Below, piece after piece: positions 37,601-50,879 of a stretch of DNA of 64,000 bases (position 1 is the first letter of the stretch; each line of letters opens with the position of its first letter). The translations under genes and the position numbers were made by a program. Origin of the DNA: the human T2T-CHM13v2.0 reference genome, Homo sapiens. Under the pieces are notes generated by a model that was given only the letters and a program-made list of their open reading frames with translations, was not told the DNA's origin and made no database searches. The stretch lies in the NCBI RefSeq assembly GCF_009914755.1, contig NC_060935.1, one strand, 5' to 3'.

Positions 37601-40600
37601 AAATTTTATTGTTTCTAACTCACACAAAACCTCTGCATCCTCCTATAACAATGAGAAAACAGAGTTCAGACTAGTTATGTGATCTGCACAAGATCACACA
37701 GCAACTAAGTATCGAGGTGCATGACTTTGCAGCCAGTGCTCTTGGTGGTACCCATGCTGCCTGTGCTAGATAACAATTCAGACTCCTGCCCAGGTTGGGG
37801 AAAGCAGAGTTTGCTGTCCTATCATGACAAAGGCAAACATGAAGGGGGTGTGCACAACTGCATGCTGAATTAGAGGAAGATCTGAACTTGGACCCAGGAT
37901 CCCTGCTACTTCACTGGACTGGAGCCTCTAGCACAGTCTCCAGCTTGGCCTCCTGGTACTCTGGGTGTGTGCTGATTTCTCGGGGAGGACATCTTTAATG
38001 TATTCTGCCCATGAGCCTTAATGGAGAACTCTCCTGTTCTGCACCCTCCTTAGGAAGTGATGAGTTTCTCCTCAGCCATGTTTCAGCTACCTGTATTCTA
38101 TAGCCCCTTTACAAACCAGTTTCTGTCTTCCCATTCACTCATACTTCTGACTCCCCAGTAGGCTTTTCACAGGGCAGAGTTTCCCCATGAAGTTATGTCT
38201 CTCAGCCTTCCTCATTCCATTCTGCTTGCTCTGCTTTTCTGCTCTCAGATTTTCTTTTTTTTTTTTGGTGGACAATGGAGGAGCAGGGCTGCCCTGGTAT
38301 CCAAGACTGAATTGAGAGATGGGGACTGTTGACAGGTGCCTCCCTTTCTTCTCTCCATTTTCCTCTGCTGACCTACGGAATCTAGTGCCGTCACTGTCAG
38401 TGATTCCCTTATCTTCCTTTTCTCACAGACTTATGAACATAACACAGGCAGACTTAATGCTTCAAGGCATGTGGAGTGGACATGGAATTAACCAATACTT
38501 AGCCATTTTTGTCCAGCATGTGAGGTTTTCAACATAGGAAGCACAGGTTGTCAGCTTGCTGCTGTGTTGAGAAATGGAATGTGCATTCTCTAAAAGGTAG
38601 GAAAAGAAAGAACCATATAATTTCTCTTCTTCCCTAGTACTTCTTTCTCCCCAACACTGCTTTTAAATCTGTTCCCCTCCACAGGCTAGAATTCTTATGA
38701 ACATAGTACATACTGAAAGTTGACATGAAATCATGTCATTTTCAAACACTATAACTAAGGACATAACACGTTTAACGTCAGATTTAATTTTTCTGTTTCC
38801 CAAAATAAAATCAACTTGTAAAACCTCCATGTAGGGTTTTGTTATATAAATGTGGTTACAAGAACTGTATTATCACACTGAGCGGAGCTCAGTTTTCACC
38901 TGTCAGACTGGGTTTGATTCCAACTATAACACCCACTGGCTCTGTTGGATTTCAATGATCTCACCCATTATGTGAGAATAGTTAAGTTCATCAGTCAGCT
39001 GTGTTGCTCAAGCCAGTGAGGGAATAGAAGATAAAATCAACTGAGAGATTTTGCTAAGGAATAGCTTCTAGGAAGCTGTTTTTTCACTTTGAGGTATCTG
39101 AAAATAAGGCATAGAGCAATAATGCTGGAGCAGTGTGGGGTTCAGAGCCACCTCTTATGGAAATGTTGTGTGTGGAGGCAGTATTCCTACCTTTCTCAGG
39201 TCTCCCTGGAGGACACAGTGGAAGCACTGAGTCTTCTCCCATTCTTAGAATGAAGATCAGTAGTCTTGGATCTGTAGACCTGAAGCTCCCATTGAGTTAG
39301 GCCATTGCATTGGCCTTCCTGCTTCTGGGAGCTCTATGACTCCTAATGCTTTCTGTGATGGGCAGAGGTGCCTGAAGTACAGATGATCACTCACCCAGAC
39401 CTCTACTCTGTCTTTAACCAAGCATGGCATGGCCAGAAGGAGTTCTGAAATTCAGCCTTGGCAGAGACCTCAGATCAAGGCATATTTAAAGGGTTATGTC
39501 TGGACGTTTCCGACCTTTAAGTATTAGTTTTCTCACTCCCCTGATTTCCAGTGCCTCACATGCACACTGGCTTCCTTCTGAGACTGGAGACTAGAGCTTG
39601 AAGCATTAACCCATCCCTTTCCTCTCTCCTCTGTATACAGAAGTAGGAAGGCAGGGGATTTGAATCCTTGTGCAAAAAAGGTGTGTTGTTGAGATTGCAT
39701 GAATGTGATTTTATCTGTATGCATGTATTTTTTTTTTAGTTGGAGTATGTATATTTATAATTCAGGGGATATTTTGTACAATATGAAACTGCTGATATGT
39801 CATGTAAGACGAGTCGATGTGTGTATCTGAGAGATATGTTAATAAACACATGTATAAGGCACTGAATTTGCATATAAGAGGAGTATTTGTGTGAATAAGC
39901 GTAAGTGTATATCAAATTATGAATCATAATTTGCTTTAAGTATGTATCATTAGTGTGCTACCATCATGCTATGAGTTCAAGGTTATTGAATACACACATT
40001 CTGTGAAGGCACATGCCTAGCTACATACCTGGCAGTGTGAGTTTGCACATAGAGTGTGTACATGAGTATGTATATACAAGGAGTGTGGGGTTAATGAGGA
40101 TGTTGAGCATCGATTAGAGTATCAGTGTTTACTAAGGTAGCTGTGGTTGTGAGACCCCTCACCTCTGAGTGCGTGATTATCCAGATAGGTGAAAAGAATT
40201 CCAAAGAAGACCATGCCATAGTCAGTTCTGAAACTTTGTTAGGCCGGAAGGCCCTCTTCACTCAATCTGAACAGTGAAGGCCTACACAGAGCTTCCTCTG
40301 TTTCAGTACCGAATCCAGATTTTTAAATCTAATGTTTTTAATCTAAACACTGAGGAAGATTTGAGAAAGGAAAACATATAAGCATGCAAAGAACGATTTG
40401 TTTGCGAGGAGTGCAATCTGTCAGACTAGAACAAAATACAAAGTGCAACATACATTTACATGGATACAATTACCAAGGTTATCAGGTTTACATCAATATG
40501 TATATGATAGATGGTAATGATCAAGGTCACAAAGGTCATAATTTTTCATCTATCAGCCTACAAAATCAGAAGTACCATTTTCTGTTGTAGAGAGTCCAGG

Positions 40601-40674
40601 TATACAGGAAATATTCAAAATATTATTTTGGAGATCAGGCTGACATTGTACATTGGAATTTCTGGCTTCAAATT

Positions 40675-41045
40675 ATTTTTCTTTTTCTTTTAATGTTTCC
40701 TTTCAACTTTTATTTTAGATTCAGGGAGTACCTATGCCAGTTTGTTACAGGGCAAATTGCATGTCACAGGGGTTTGGTGTACCGATTATTTTATCACCTA
40801 GTTGTTAAGTACAGTACTCAATAGGTAGTTTTTTATCCTCACCTTCAATCCAACCTCCACGCTCAAGTAGGTCCCAGTGTCTGTTGTTCCCTTCTTTGTG
40901 TCCATGTGTACACAATGTTTAGCTTTCACTTGTAAATGAGAACATGTGGTATTTGGTTTTCTGTTCCTGCTTTAAGTTAATTTGCTTAGGATAATGGCCT
41001 CTCATTCCATCCATGTTGCTGCAAAATACATGATTTCATTCTTTG
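40675..41045 (-). mobile_element. Truncated L1 (L1PA/PB) 3' end
   Basis: T-rich tail followed by antisense 3'UTR (GAGAACATGTGGTATTTGGTTTTCTGTTCC). Confidence 0.85.
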
Positions 41046-41837
41046 CAAATCATTTTTCTTTATTTCTTTTTGTTGTTTATTTCCTTTATCTTCGGTATGT
41101 GACGTTCTTAGTATATTGGAAGCAGAATAAAATTCAGGTCCCTCTGCCTTCTTTTTCTTCCTGCTTTTTTAGGGGCACTTTTCTCTTTCAACAGAATATG
41201 ACATCCAGGATAGGACCTGTGGTGTTTCATTTCTGACTCTTCCACAGTCCCAAATGCCACTTGACTCTAAGCAGGCATGACCCGGGCTCTTGTGGAAAGC
41301 ATTTATCAGACTACCCACACTACTTTTTAAGTTTAGTAGGGGATTTCAAGGTGAAAGGAGTATATAGTAGAAATGTCAGAATTTCTCTGATTGATCTTCC
41401 CAGAGGCCCCTCATCATTTGAGTCTTTCCAAAACTGGTACCTCTCCAGGATGCACTGAGGACTCTAAATGTGGCTCACAGCTGTTTGTCGAAGCCCAGTT
41501 TCCACTGGAATGTACCAAGATTTCTGGGCAGTTTTGAGAGCCCAATAAAGGTTGGTTACGATAAACTTATAGTCACGCCAATCTGCAATTGCAGGGTTAC
41601 AAAGGCAGGGCAGAAAGGATGTTTAGAAAGAAACTTTTGTTGGAAAAAAAGGTTTTTGGGGATATTGACATGAGAATTCTGAGACAATTCAGCATATCTA
41701 TGTAGAAATATGTTGGTGTGTGTATATATATATGTATATGTATATGTGTAATATATGTGTATATGTAGTATATAATATGTAACATAAATATTACATAGAC
41801 ATATATAATGCATTTGTACTATATAAAGAGATAGACA

Positions 41838-42454
41838 TGTGAAACTGAAGAAAATGACTGAGGCAAGTCTCGATCCATTTAGAGGTTTATGTTGCCAAGG
41901 TTGAGGTGACATGCCTAGGGAAGACAGACAGCCACAGTAGAACGCGTGGCCTGTACTTTTTCTGAAGAGGATTTTGAGGGCTTCAATGATTCAAGGGGAA
42001 AAGTAGGCAGAAAGGAGAAGGGGAAAGAAAAAAAGAGGTAGGATATGATCACATTCTTGTGAGGCTTTGATTAGGCTACCGAATCCAGTATGTTGCAGGT
42101 GCAAAGGGTTGGATAGAGGGAACAATCTATGTATTTATTTCACACTCATTAAATCGCACTTGACATAAGATACGCATAGAGTAGAGGAAGCAGTCAAATA
42201 AGTATTTGTTTCAGGGTGGATGGGGGGATGATTTCTAGTTTCCTCTTAACATGGACCTGTGAAGACAGGCTGTTAATTTACATTGTCAGGGTGAGGGAGG
42301 CCTTCTGTGGAGACATATAGCCTTCTTTCTGTAACTATGTTTAGAAACAAAAGGAAAGGCAGATGTGTGTGTGTGTAATTTAGCTTCTGGGCTTAACTTT
42401 TTCCTTTTGGCATAGTAAATTTGGCATCCTGAGATTTTCTTTTTTTTTTCCACA
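41838..42454 (-). mobile_element. ERV1 MER4-group solo LTR
   Basis: TGTGAAAC...TTCCACA termini; imperfect 4-bp TSD GACA/GATA; inserted in a (TA/TG)n tract; homologous to the LTR at 44334. Confidence 0.8.
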
Positions 42455-42879
42455 GATATTTTATGTATATATTTATATGTATGTATATGTGCGAGTGTGT
42501 GTGTGTATATGTATATATATATATATATGGGAGTCCTGGAAAATGAATATACCAATAAGTACATTTTAATCCATTGTTCAAACTTCGCTATCTGGGTTCA
42601 AGAGATTCTCCTGCCTCAGCCTCCCAAGTAGCTGGGATTACAGGTGCCTGCCGCCATGTTAATCTATTATTTTATGTCATCATTTATAAATAGTTATACG
42701 TTGTATGCACCAGTGGACTTTTAAATAGTTTTAATGAAATTGTTTATCTAGACACTTACCCTAAAGATGGCCTTGTATTTATGGAAAAATAGATCAATAC
42801 ATTATTGAAAAATTGATAAAGAAACCGGAAATAGCTTTAAATGTATCAGTAATTGATTTTCCTTTTTTCCTTTCTTTCT

Positions 42880-43022
42880 ATTTATTTATTTATTTATTTT
42901 TTAGAGATGGGGTCTTGCTATGTTGCCCAGCTGGGCTGCTCTCAAACTCCTGGGCTCAAGCTATCCACCGCCTTGGCTTCCCAAAGTGCTAGGATTACAG
43001 GCAGGAGCCACCACACACTGCC
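42880..43022 (-). mobile_element. Alu monomer (FLAM/AluJ left arm)
   Basis: Single-arm antisense Alu with CAGTAAT..ATTTT flanks. Confidence 0.8.
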
Positions 43023-43029
43023 AGTAATC

Positions 43030-43930
43030 AATTTTCAATAGATGAATCAATTCTATTCAGTGACAGAACAATGTTTTTATGGTGCTAGAACAATTAGAAA
43101 TCAGTATGAAAAAAACAAAGTGAAACTCACCTTCTACCTCAAAGTAAAATATCTTTATTTGAGGTATAAAATAAACCTAAATTTGAAAGCTAAAGCTATA
43201 GAGCTTCTTTAAAAAGTACAGTAATATTTTTATGAACTCAGGGAAAGCAGATTTCTTATACAGGACACAAAAGTCATTAGCCACAATATAAAAGAAGATC
43301 AACAATTGATCTTCATTAAAATAAAAAAAAATCTCCTTCAAAAGAGACCAATACAAAAGTGAAAAGTCAAGTCACAGAGAAAACATTCACAATGCATATA
43401 TCTGACAAAGAGAGCCCCGTAATCCATAAAAAGGAAAACCAACTCATGAAAAATACAAGCAAAGGGTTTAAACAGGCCGTGTACAGCAAGAGGTAGACAA
43501 AGGGTCAATGCGCATATGAAAAGGTTTATTATTATTATTCAACATTATTATTCATTAGGTAAATGAAAGTTTAAACTGTAACAATTTAACAATATAAACT
43601 AATTAGAAAAGCTAAAATTAAGTGCACTGACAACACTAAGTATTGGTAAAAATGAGGAGCAATTGGAGCACTCATAAGTTGAATCTCTTGCAATTTCTAG
43701 TAAAACTAGACCTCCTTTTGAGCAAGCAATTTCACTTTTAGTTGCATACTCCAAATAAATGGTTTATACATCCACCAAAAACGTCTAAAGATGCTTATAG
43801 CAGCTGTATTCATAATACCTAAAATGTGGAAACAACCCAAATATCTGTCAATCAAAGATTAAACAAAATTGGCCTCACTTAAGCAATAGAATACTACTCA
43901 TCAAGAATAAAAAAGAATGAAGAACTGAAA
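43030..43930 (+). mobile_element. Old L1M ORF2 3' remnant
   Basis: Degenerate A-rich L1 sequence (GGAAACAACCCAAATATC). Boundaries are approximate. Confidence 0.65.
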
Positions 43931-44333
43931 AAAAGTAAATATAGAATAGTAGTGTGGAAGTATGAAGCGCTTCATAAAGAGTAGATAAAGAGCAGAATCT
44001 AATGCTTTAATATAATTTGGAGAAAGATGACCTACAAAAAGAGCCCAGTAAAAATCGTTTCGGTCTACACAGACTTAACAGTGAATTGGTGAGATTTTCA
44101 AACAGTTTCTACAAACCAGGTTGTGTTCCAAGGGTTATTATGCTCTAAGTAGTTTTTTTCTGAGCATTTTAAAGGGTTAATCTAATACAGTGGATAAAAC
44201 TACTGGCTCTGTAGCCAGCAAGGAGAGCTAGTAATCTCATCCACCGTATTAATAAACCAACCCTTAATAATGTTCTCTAAACATTAATAAAAATGTTTAG
44301 AGAAAATTAGAGCATAGTAATTCTGCATATAGT

Positions 44334-45041
44334 TGTGAACCAAAAGTATCTGAGACAGGTCTCAATCAATTTAGAAAATTTATTTTGCCAAGGTTAAGAA
44401 CGCACCCGTGGCACAGCTTCAGGAGGTCCTGACGACTTGTGCCCAACAGAGTCAGGGTACAGCTTGCTTTTATACATTTTAGGAAGGCATGAGACATCAA
44501 TCAATAAGTTTAAGATATACATTTTTTTCAGTCTGGAAAGGCAGGACAACTCAAAGCAGGAGCTTCCAGGTAATAGGAAGATAAGAGACAAAAGTTGCAT
44601 TCTTTTGATCAACCTTTCACTAAATACACAATTTACACGTGAGGGGGTGGGTAGAGAAGTAGTCACTTATGCCTTAGTCTGGCTCAGTGACTGCGTTTTT
44701 ACATAAACAGTAGGGCAGAGGAAGCAATCAGATGTGCATTTGTCTCAGGTGAGCAAAGGGATGGCTTCCAGTTCTGTTCTTTTTTCCACACCTGTGAAGA
44801 TAAGCTATCAATTTTCATTGCCAGGGTGAAATTCGGCATCACTGTTTTAGGGTAAAGATCTTGAGGCCCACGAAGAATTTCCTTGTGGGCAAATTGAGAG
44901 GCAGGTATGTAGCTTTTTATACTTAGTAGCTAACTTTTATAGGAATAAAATGGGAGGCAGGTTTACCTGACACAGTTCCCAGCTTGACTTTTTCTTTTGG
45001 CTTAGTGATTTTGGAGTCTTTAGATTTATTTATTTTTCATA
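44334..45041 (-). mobile_element. MER4A-like ERV1 solo LTR
   Basis: TGTGAACCAAAAGTATCTGAGACAGGTCTC terminus; perfect 4-bp TSD TAGT (44330-44333 and 45042-45045). Confidence 0.88.
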
Positions 45042-45469
45042 TAGTCAGCACAGCAATGAAGTATAACAAAAAAAAAAAGAAAGAAATTTTAGACAGGGAA
45101 CACAGCAAATTTATCATTTATGTACTTTTTTTGGAATGAAAAATCCTGGAATATATGCTTCAGCAAGTGAAATTGGTATACAGTAAAGTTCAACAAATGA
45201 TAACCAAGTATGAATTAAAACTACTTATGGATGCTATGTAAAATAATCCCAGGAATACAACAATCCGACATGCCTCAAGAAATGCAGAACATATTAGAAC
45301 GTTGCACAAAATATGGCCTCAGACAGGAGTGATGTCAGAAATTTAGAATTCAGGCTCCATTTCAGTCCTAATGAGTCAGAATTTTCATTTTAACAAGATC
45401 TTGAGGATATTTACGTGTTCACTCAATTTTACAAGCATTTAATTTTCCTTATCAACAAATAACTATAAT

Positions 45470-45985
45470 TTGAGATCTTTCTACTCTTTTTGATGTAGGC
45501 ATTTATTGCTATAAACGTCCCTCCCATACCGCTTTTGCTGTCCCATAGGTATTTGTATATTGTACTTCCATTTTCATTTGTCTAAATAAATTGTTTAATT
45601 TCTCTGTTGATTTTTTATCAACCTGTTGGTTGTTCAGGAAGATGTTGTTTAATTTCCATGTGTTTGTATTTTCCACGGTTTCTTTATATTGATTTCTAGT
45701 TTTGTACTATTGTTTTCAGAAATAATACTTGATACGATTTTGATCTTCTCAAATTAGTTAAGACTCGTTCTGTGGCCTAACAGATGATCTATCCTGGAGA
45801 ATGTTTCATATGCAATCTAGAAGAATATGTATTCTGTAGCTGCTGGATGAAATGTCCGTCAGGTCCATTTGGTGTAGAGCGTAATTTAAATCCAAGGTTT
45901 CTTTATTGGTTTTCTGTCTGGGTGATTTGTTCATTGCTGAAAGTAGGATGTTGAAGTCCTCTACTATTATTGTTGCAGTACCTCT
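45470..45985 (-). mobile_element. Old L1M ORF2 fragment
   Basis: Antisense L1 EN-region sequence (TCCTGGAGAATGTTTCA...TTGAAGTCCTCTACTATTATT). Confidence 0.75.
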
Positions 45986-46181
45986 CTTTAAGTCATTTGT
46001 GAGATAATTAAAAAAAAAAGCTTTTCTTTATCCTGCTATCAGACAAAACGAAAGATAATTTAAATTCCAGAGACAACATAAAAGTTCTTCCAGAAAACTA
46101 TGGTCCAAAACAAAAAAAAATTGATATGATTATGGGCAACTGAATTAGTATGAAAGGAAATAATTGATTTTCTTTTGATGA

Positions 46182-46472
<291 letters not shown>

Positions 46473-46689
46473 GGGTGCCTTCTTTTGTAGTGGCACGTTT
46501 AGTGACATAGGTTGATGTGTCATTATTTTTCTAATCATACCATATATTCTGTATCCCGTGTTGAATAATTATTTAATTATATTTTAATAATTTTTTTGTT
46601 GCTTTTGAAGTTCGAATAACCTAAACAAATATAAAATCATAGCTATAAGATTGTATGTACATTTTTATATATGGCCTAGGAAAGTATTA

Positions 46690-47109
<420 letters not shown>

Positions 47110-47184
47110 CTACAAAACTTTTTCATATTTTGGGGGAAAAATGGAAAAAATAACATTTATATTCATTTAAAATATTATAAAGAT

Positions 47185-47425
47185 AATGCAATAATTAAAA
47201 GGAAGCTGTAAACATATTTGGATCTGCTTCAGTCTAGTGTGAGGAATCTCCTGGGAATTTCTAGTCATTACACCTTGGGTCAAGTCCCAAGGGTCTCTTG
47301 GCAACAGGGTTGGGTTATATGCAGGGCTTCTTAGAGAAGGCCAGGTCCAAGAGCCATCTACAAATACACTTGGCTGGAGAGTGAGTAGAAAGGGCACCTC
47401 TTCCTCTGTTGGGAGCCAGGTAAGG
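47185..47425 (+). promoter_or_regulatory. Candidate OR51F2 promoter and first non-coding exon
   Basis: Homeodomain-type TAATTA at ~47192; O/E(EBF)-like CTCCTGGGA (~47248) and TCCCAAGGG (~47285); donors AGA|GTGAGT (47380) and CAG|GTAAGG (47419). Confidence 0.45.
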
Positions 47426-49063
47426 TATGAAAGCATGAGAAAGAGCAGACCAAGAAGGCAGAGACTGTTGAGGTCTAAACTGGGGGACAAGAGAGAGCAG
47501 AAAGGGAGGAATGGGAAGTGGAGAGGCAAGTGCTCAGAGGCAAAGGACTGCAAATCAGGGGTAGAAATACTGGGAAGCAGGGCTCAGAGTGACAGGCTTA
47601 GACTAAAGGGTGTAGGAATTAGTGATATATCAGCAAGTAGTTTGCTAACAAATATTTCTTCTGGGCTAGATAAGTTTGAAAAGAAGGAAATAGTCTCTTT
47701 TCTTTAACATTGGTAGAACTCAAAAATCAAAACAGTTACTCTTGTTTGCTTTATTGGTAAATATTTTTTCCATCATTACCATTTCTTCTATGCTAGATTT
47801 TATTTCTTCGGCTAGTTTGGTGATCGATATTTTCTTATAAAATCATCTATTTTATGTACGTCATCAAACATATTATCATAATTGTGCTTACTAGTCATTA
47901 TATTTAAAGTTATAGTTCTCTAATCATAGGTTTGTTATTATTTTCATTTTTCATCGTTTTTGTAAAATTTTCTTGACTGTCTTTGAAAAAAAGATTCATT
48001 ATATTCTTTTTAAATAACTTTGGTTTTATTTTTAACTCATTCATTTGTGCCTTTCATCTTTGTTAATTGCTTCTTTCGATATTTATTTAATTATAATCCC
48101 AGCTTCTTAAACTAAGAACTTAGAAGCTTAATATTGTCCATCATTTTTTCCTATATTCTTCAAGCTGTAAGTTGTTTTGGATGTCATCTTGCCTCACAGT
48201 TTCTGCTATGTGGTATTGTCATTGTTATTCAGCTTAAAAGACTGTTTTTCTCGTTTATGTGTTTCCGGAATAGAGAAGGTACTTAATAAATGGATGTTGT
48301 TATTGCTTTGGAGTCTTTCATTTTATATTATTATATTAATGTGACTATATTAATAAAATACAGTATTAGACTAATTCAATAGTCCAGGTTAGAGAGTGAA
48401 TACATTTGGAAAAGAGTATTTTGTACTCAGATAAAGACAAGCTGGAAGAATAAAGACAGATATTAGAGGTTGAATAGAAAAGATTGGAAGAGGTGTTGGT
48501 TAAAAAATAAGAGAATACAGGATAACTCCTAGATTTCTGATTTAGAAAATTGGGTCATTTTTATGAAAGTTATAGCCTTTATACAGAAAATGGTATAGGA
48601 GGAAAAACAGTTATAAGAGAAAATAATCAATTTGGTTTTGAACATAGGAGGTTTTCTTATTTACCCATGAAAAATCTAGATGGAAATGTCCAGAATAAAG
48701 TTTTATCTTCAGACATGGAACCTAAACACCAAAACTGGTTTTCAGAAATTCACTTGAAATTTATTATTGTATAGGTGAAATATGAGGCTGTGAAAATGGG
48801 GGAGATAATTTTACAAGTGACTTGAGAATAGGCAAAGGAGAGATCTCTGAAGAATGCCAAATATAAGGTTGGAAAACATAAGGTACCCGGGAGAGGGGGG
48901 AAAGAAACAAGAAAACTGAAACAGTCAGAGAAAGAGCTGATTAATGGGAGAATATTAAGAGAGACTGGTATCATAAAATAATGAGGGAGAGAAAATTTCC
49001 AGAATCATCAACAAAATATGTATTGTTGAAAGAATGAGATGGTCACTGAAATGAGTCGACTGA

Positions 49064-49372
49064 TTTTTTTTTTTTTTTTTTTTTTTTTTTGAGACAGGGT
49101 TTCTCTCTGTCACTCAGGCTGGAGTACAGTGACACATTCATGACTCACTGCAATCTTGACTTCTGAGCTCAAGAAATTCTCCTACTTCAGCTTACCCAGT
49201 AGTTGGGACCTACAGACATGTACCACCATGCCTGGCTAATTTGTAAACGTTTTTGTAGAGATGGGGTTTCCCTATGTTACCCATGCTGGTCTTGAACTCC
49301 TGGGCTCAAGTGATCCTCCCGCCTCGACCTCCCAAAGTGTTGGGATAACAGGCATGAACCCTGTGCCTGGCC
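49064..49372 (-). mobile_element. AluJ
   Basis: Antisense Alu with a long poly-T. Confidence 0.87.
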
Positions 49373-49974
49373 TCAACTGAATTTGATGGTTCCATTTTGG
49401 TGTTATTTTCCATAGTGGATATAGCCTGGATACCTGATTTTCTTGGCCCTTTGCATACAGGAACTATCGATATTAAGACTACTTTCCAGAGAAGCCTAAA
49501 GAGCTTCATATCTCCACAGTTCACATGGAATTAACATTTGACACATCAAACTCCCCTCCAAAGATACCACACGGACCATAGTATGTCTCTTTAAAATCAT
49601 ACACCTGGAGCCTTTGTCAGACTGGTTTAGAAATTCCTTTTATGCATTCCTCAGCTTTACTGAGTGAAGGCATTGAGGTTAGATATGCAGGTTTCATCCT
49701 CATTTCTTCTACTGCCTAACTGCATAATTTGGGGCAAATTACTTAATGTAAATATCAGTTTCTTCATATGTATATTAGGGATAAGAAATTTATTTTCTTT
49801 GTTGAATAATAATGATTGGATCATATTATGGATATGAAGATAATTGTGTCTGGCATATGGCACATGTTCAAGAAATGCTGGCTATTGTGTTTTTTTTATT
49901 TTGATACTAGTCTGTGGTATTATTTATCATAGTGTAGTGCTTAATTTATTGTAGTAAAATTATGGTAAGGTTTG

Positions 49975-50185
49975 CTTTTTTCCTCCATTCCTTCCCTTTC
50001 TTCCTTCCCTTCTTTCTCACTCCCTCCCTTCTTCCTCTTATTCCTCCTCCTCCTCTTGCACTTTCCTCCTCTTCCCCTTTGTGCTCTTACCTGCCTCCAC
50101 CTTCACTAGTCTTTCTCTTTCTCCTCCTTCTTCTCCTCCTCCTCTGTCATCGTTGTCTCTCTCCTTTCTCCAACTTTCTTACTTT
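49975..50185. repeat. CT-rich polypyrimidine low-complexity tract
   Basis: About 200 nt that are nearly all C/T. Confidence 0.85.
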
Positions 50186-50879
50186 TGTGGTTTCTCTCAA
50201 CATTTAGGCAGTGCTTTATAAAGATAACATTGGGTGATTAATTGCTGAGTCTTAGCTTGCTCATCTGCAAAATTCGTGTACGATCTATCTCCAAGAGTTG
50301 GTGTATGGATGAAATTATATAATGCATATAAAATGTCAACAACACAGGGAACTCCCAACAAATGCGATCAATATTTATTTTTCTTAGGGTGTTTTTTTGG
50401 GCCACCCTATTACCACATATATGGGCCTGTGTGTCCCAGGGATTTTTTGGCATTCTTCTGGATATTTTCCAAGGAAATATAATAATATTCACATTTCAGA
50501 TATGACTTAGTTTGCTCAGTGTTTTATTCCAGAATCAAAATTTATTTTCAACAAGTACTGGAAAGCAGGTTTCTCATAATATTGTTTAGGAATTTTACTG
50601 GGGATTTATATTGGCAGACGTGACTTAATTGTAATGTTTATTGCTAGTAATGAGAATTATAGGCTTAATATACTTAAGAAAATTTGATGTGGCACAGTTC
50701 AGGGAATTCACTTTTCTCAATAAATGTGAAACACTGACAGACTTGGAGAGAAATGTGTAGCTCTGGGAAGCTAAAAAGAAAATTCAAGTTCTTTGAAAAT
50801 TAGAAATAATAACTCAGTGAATCTTGAAGTGCCAGAGAGATGTTACAAGTGATAAACTATGTATTATGTGTTATGTTAA

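Noticed and set aside
49962-50207. Hydrophobic 81-aa ORF
   Set aside because: It is a translation of the CT-rich low-complexity tract.
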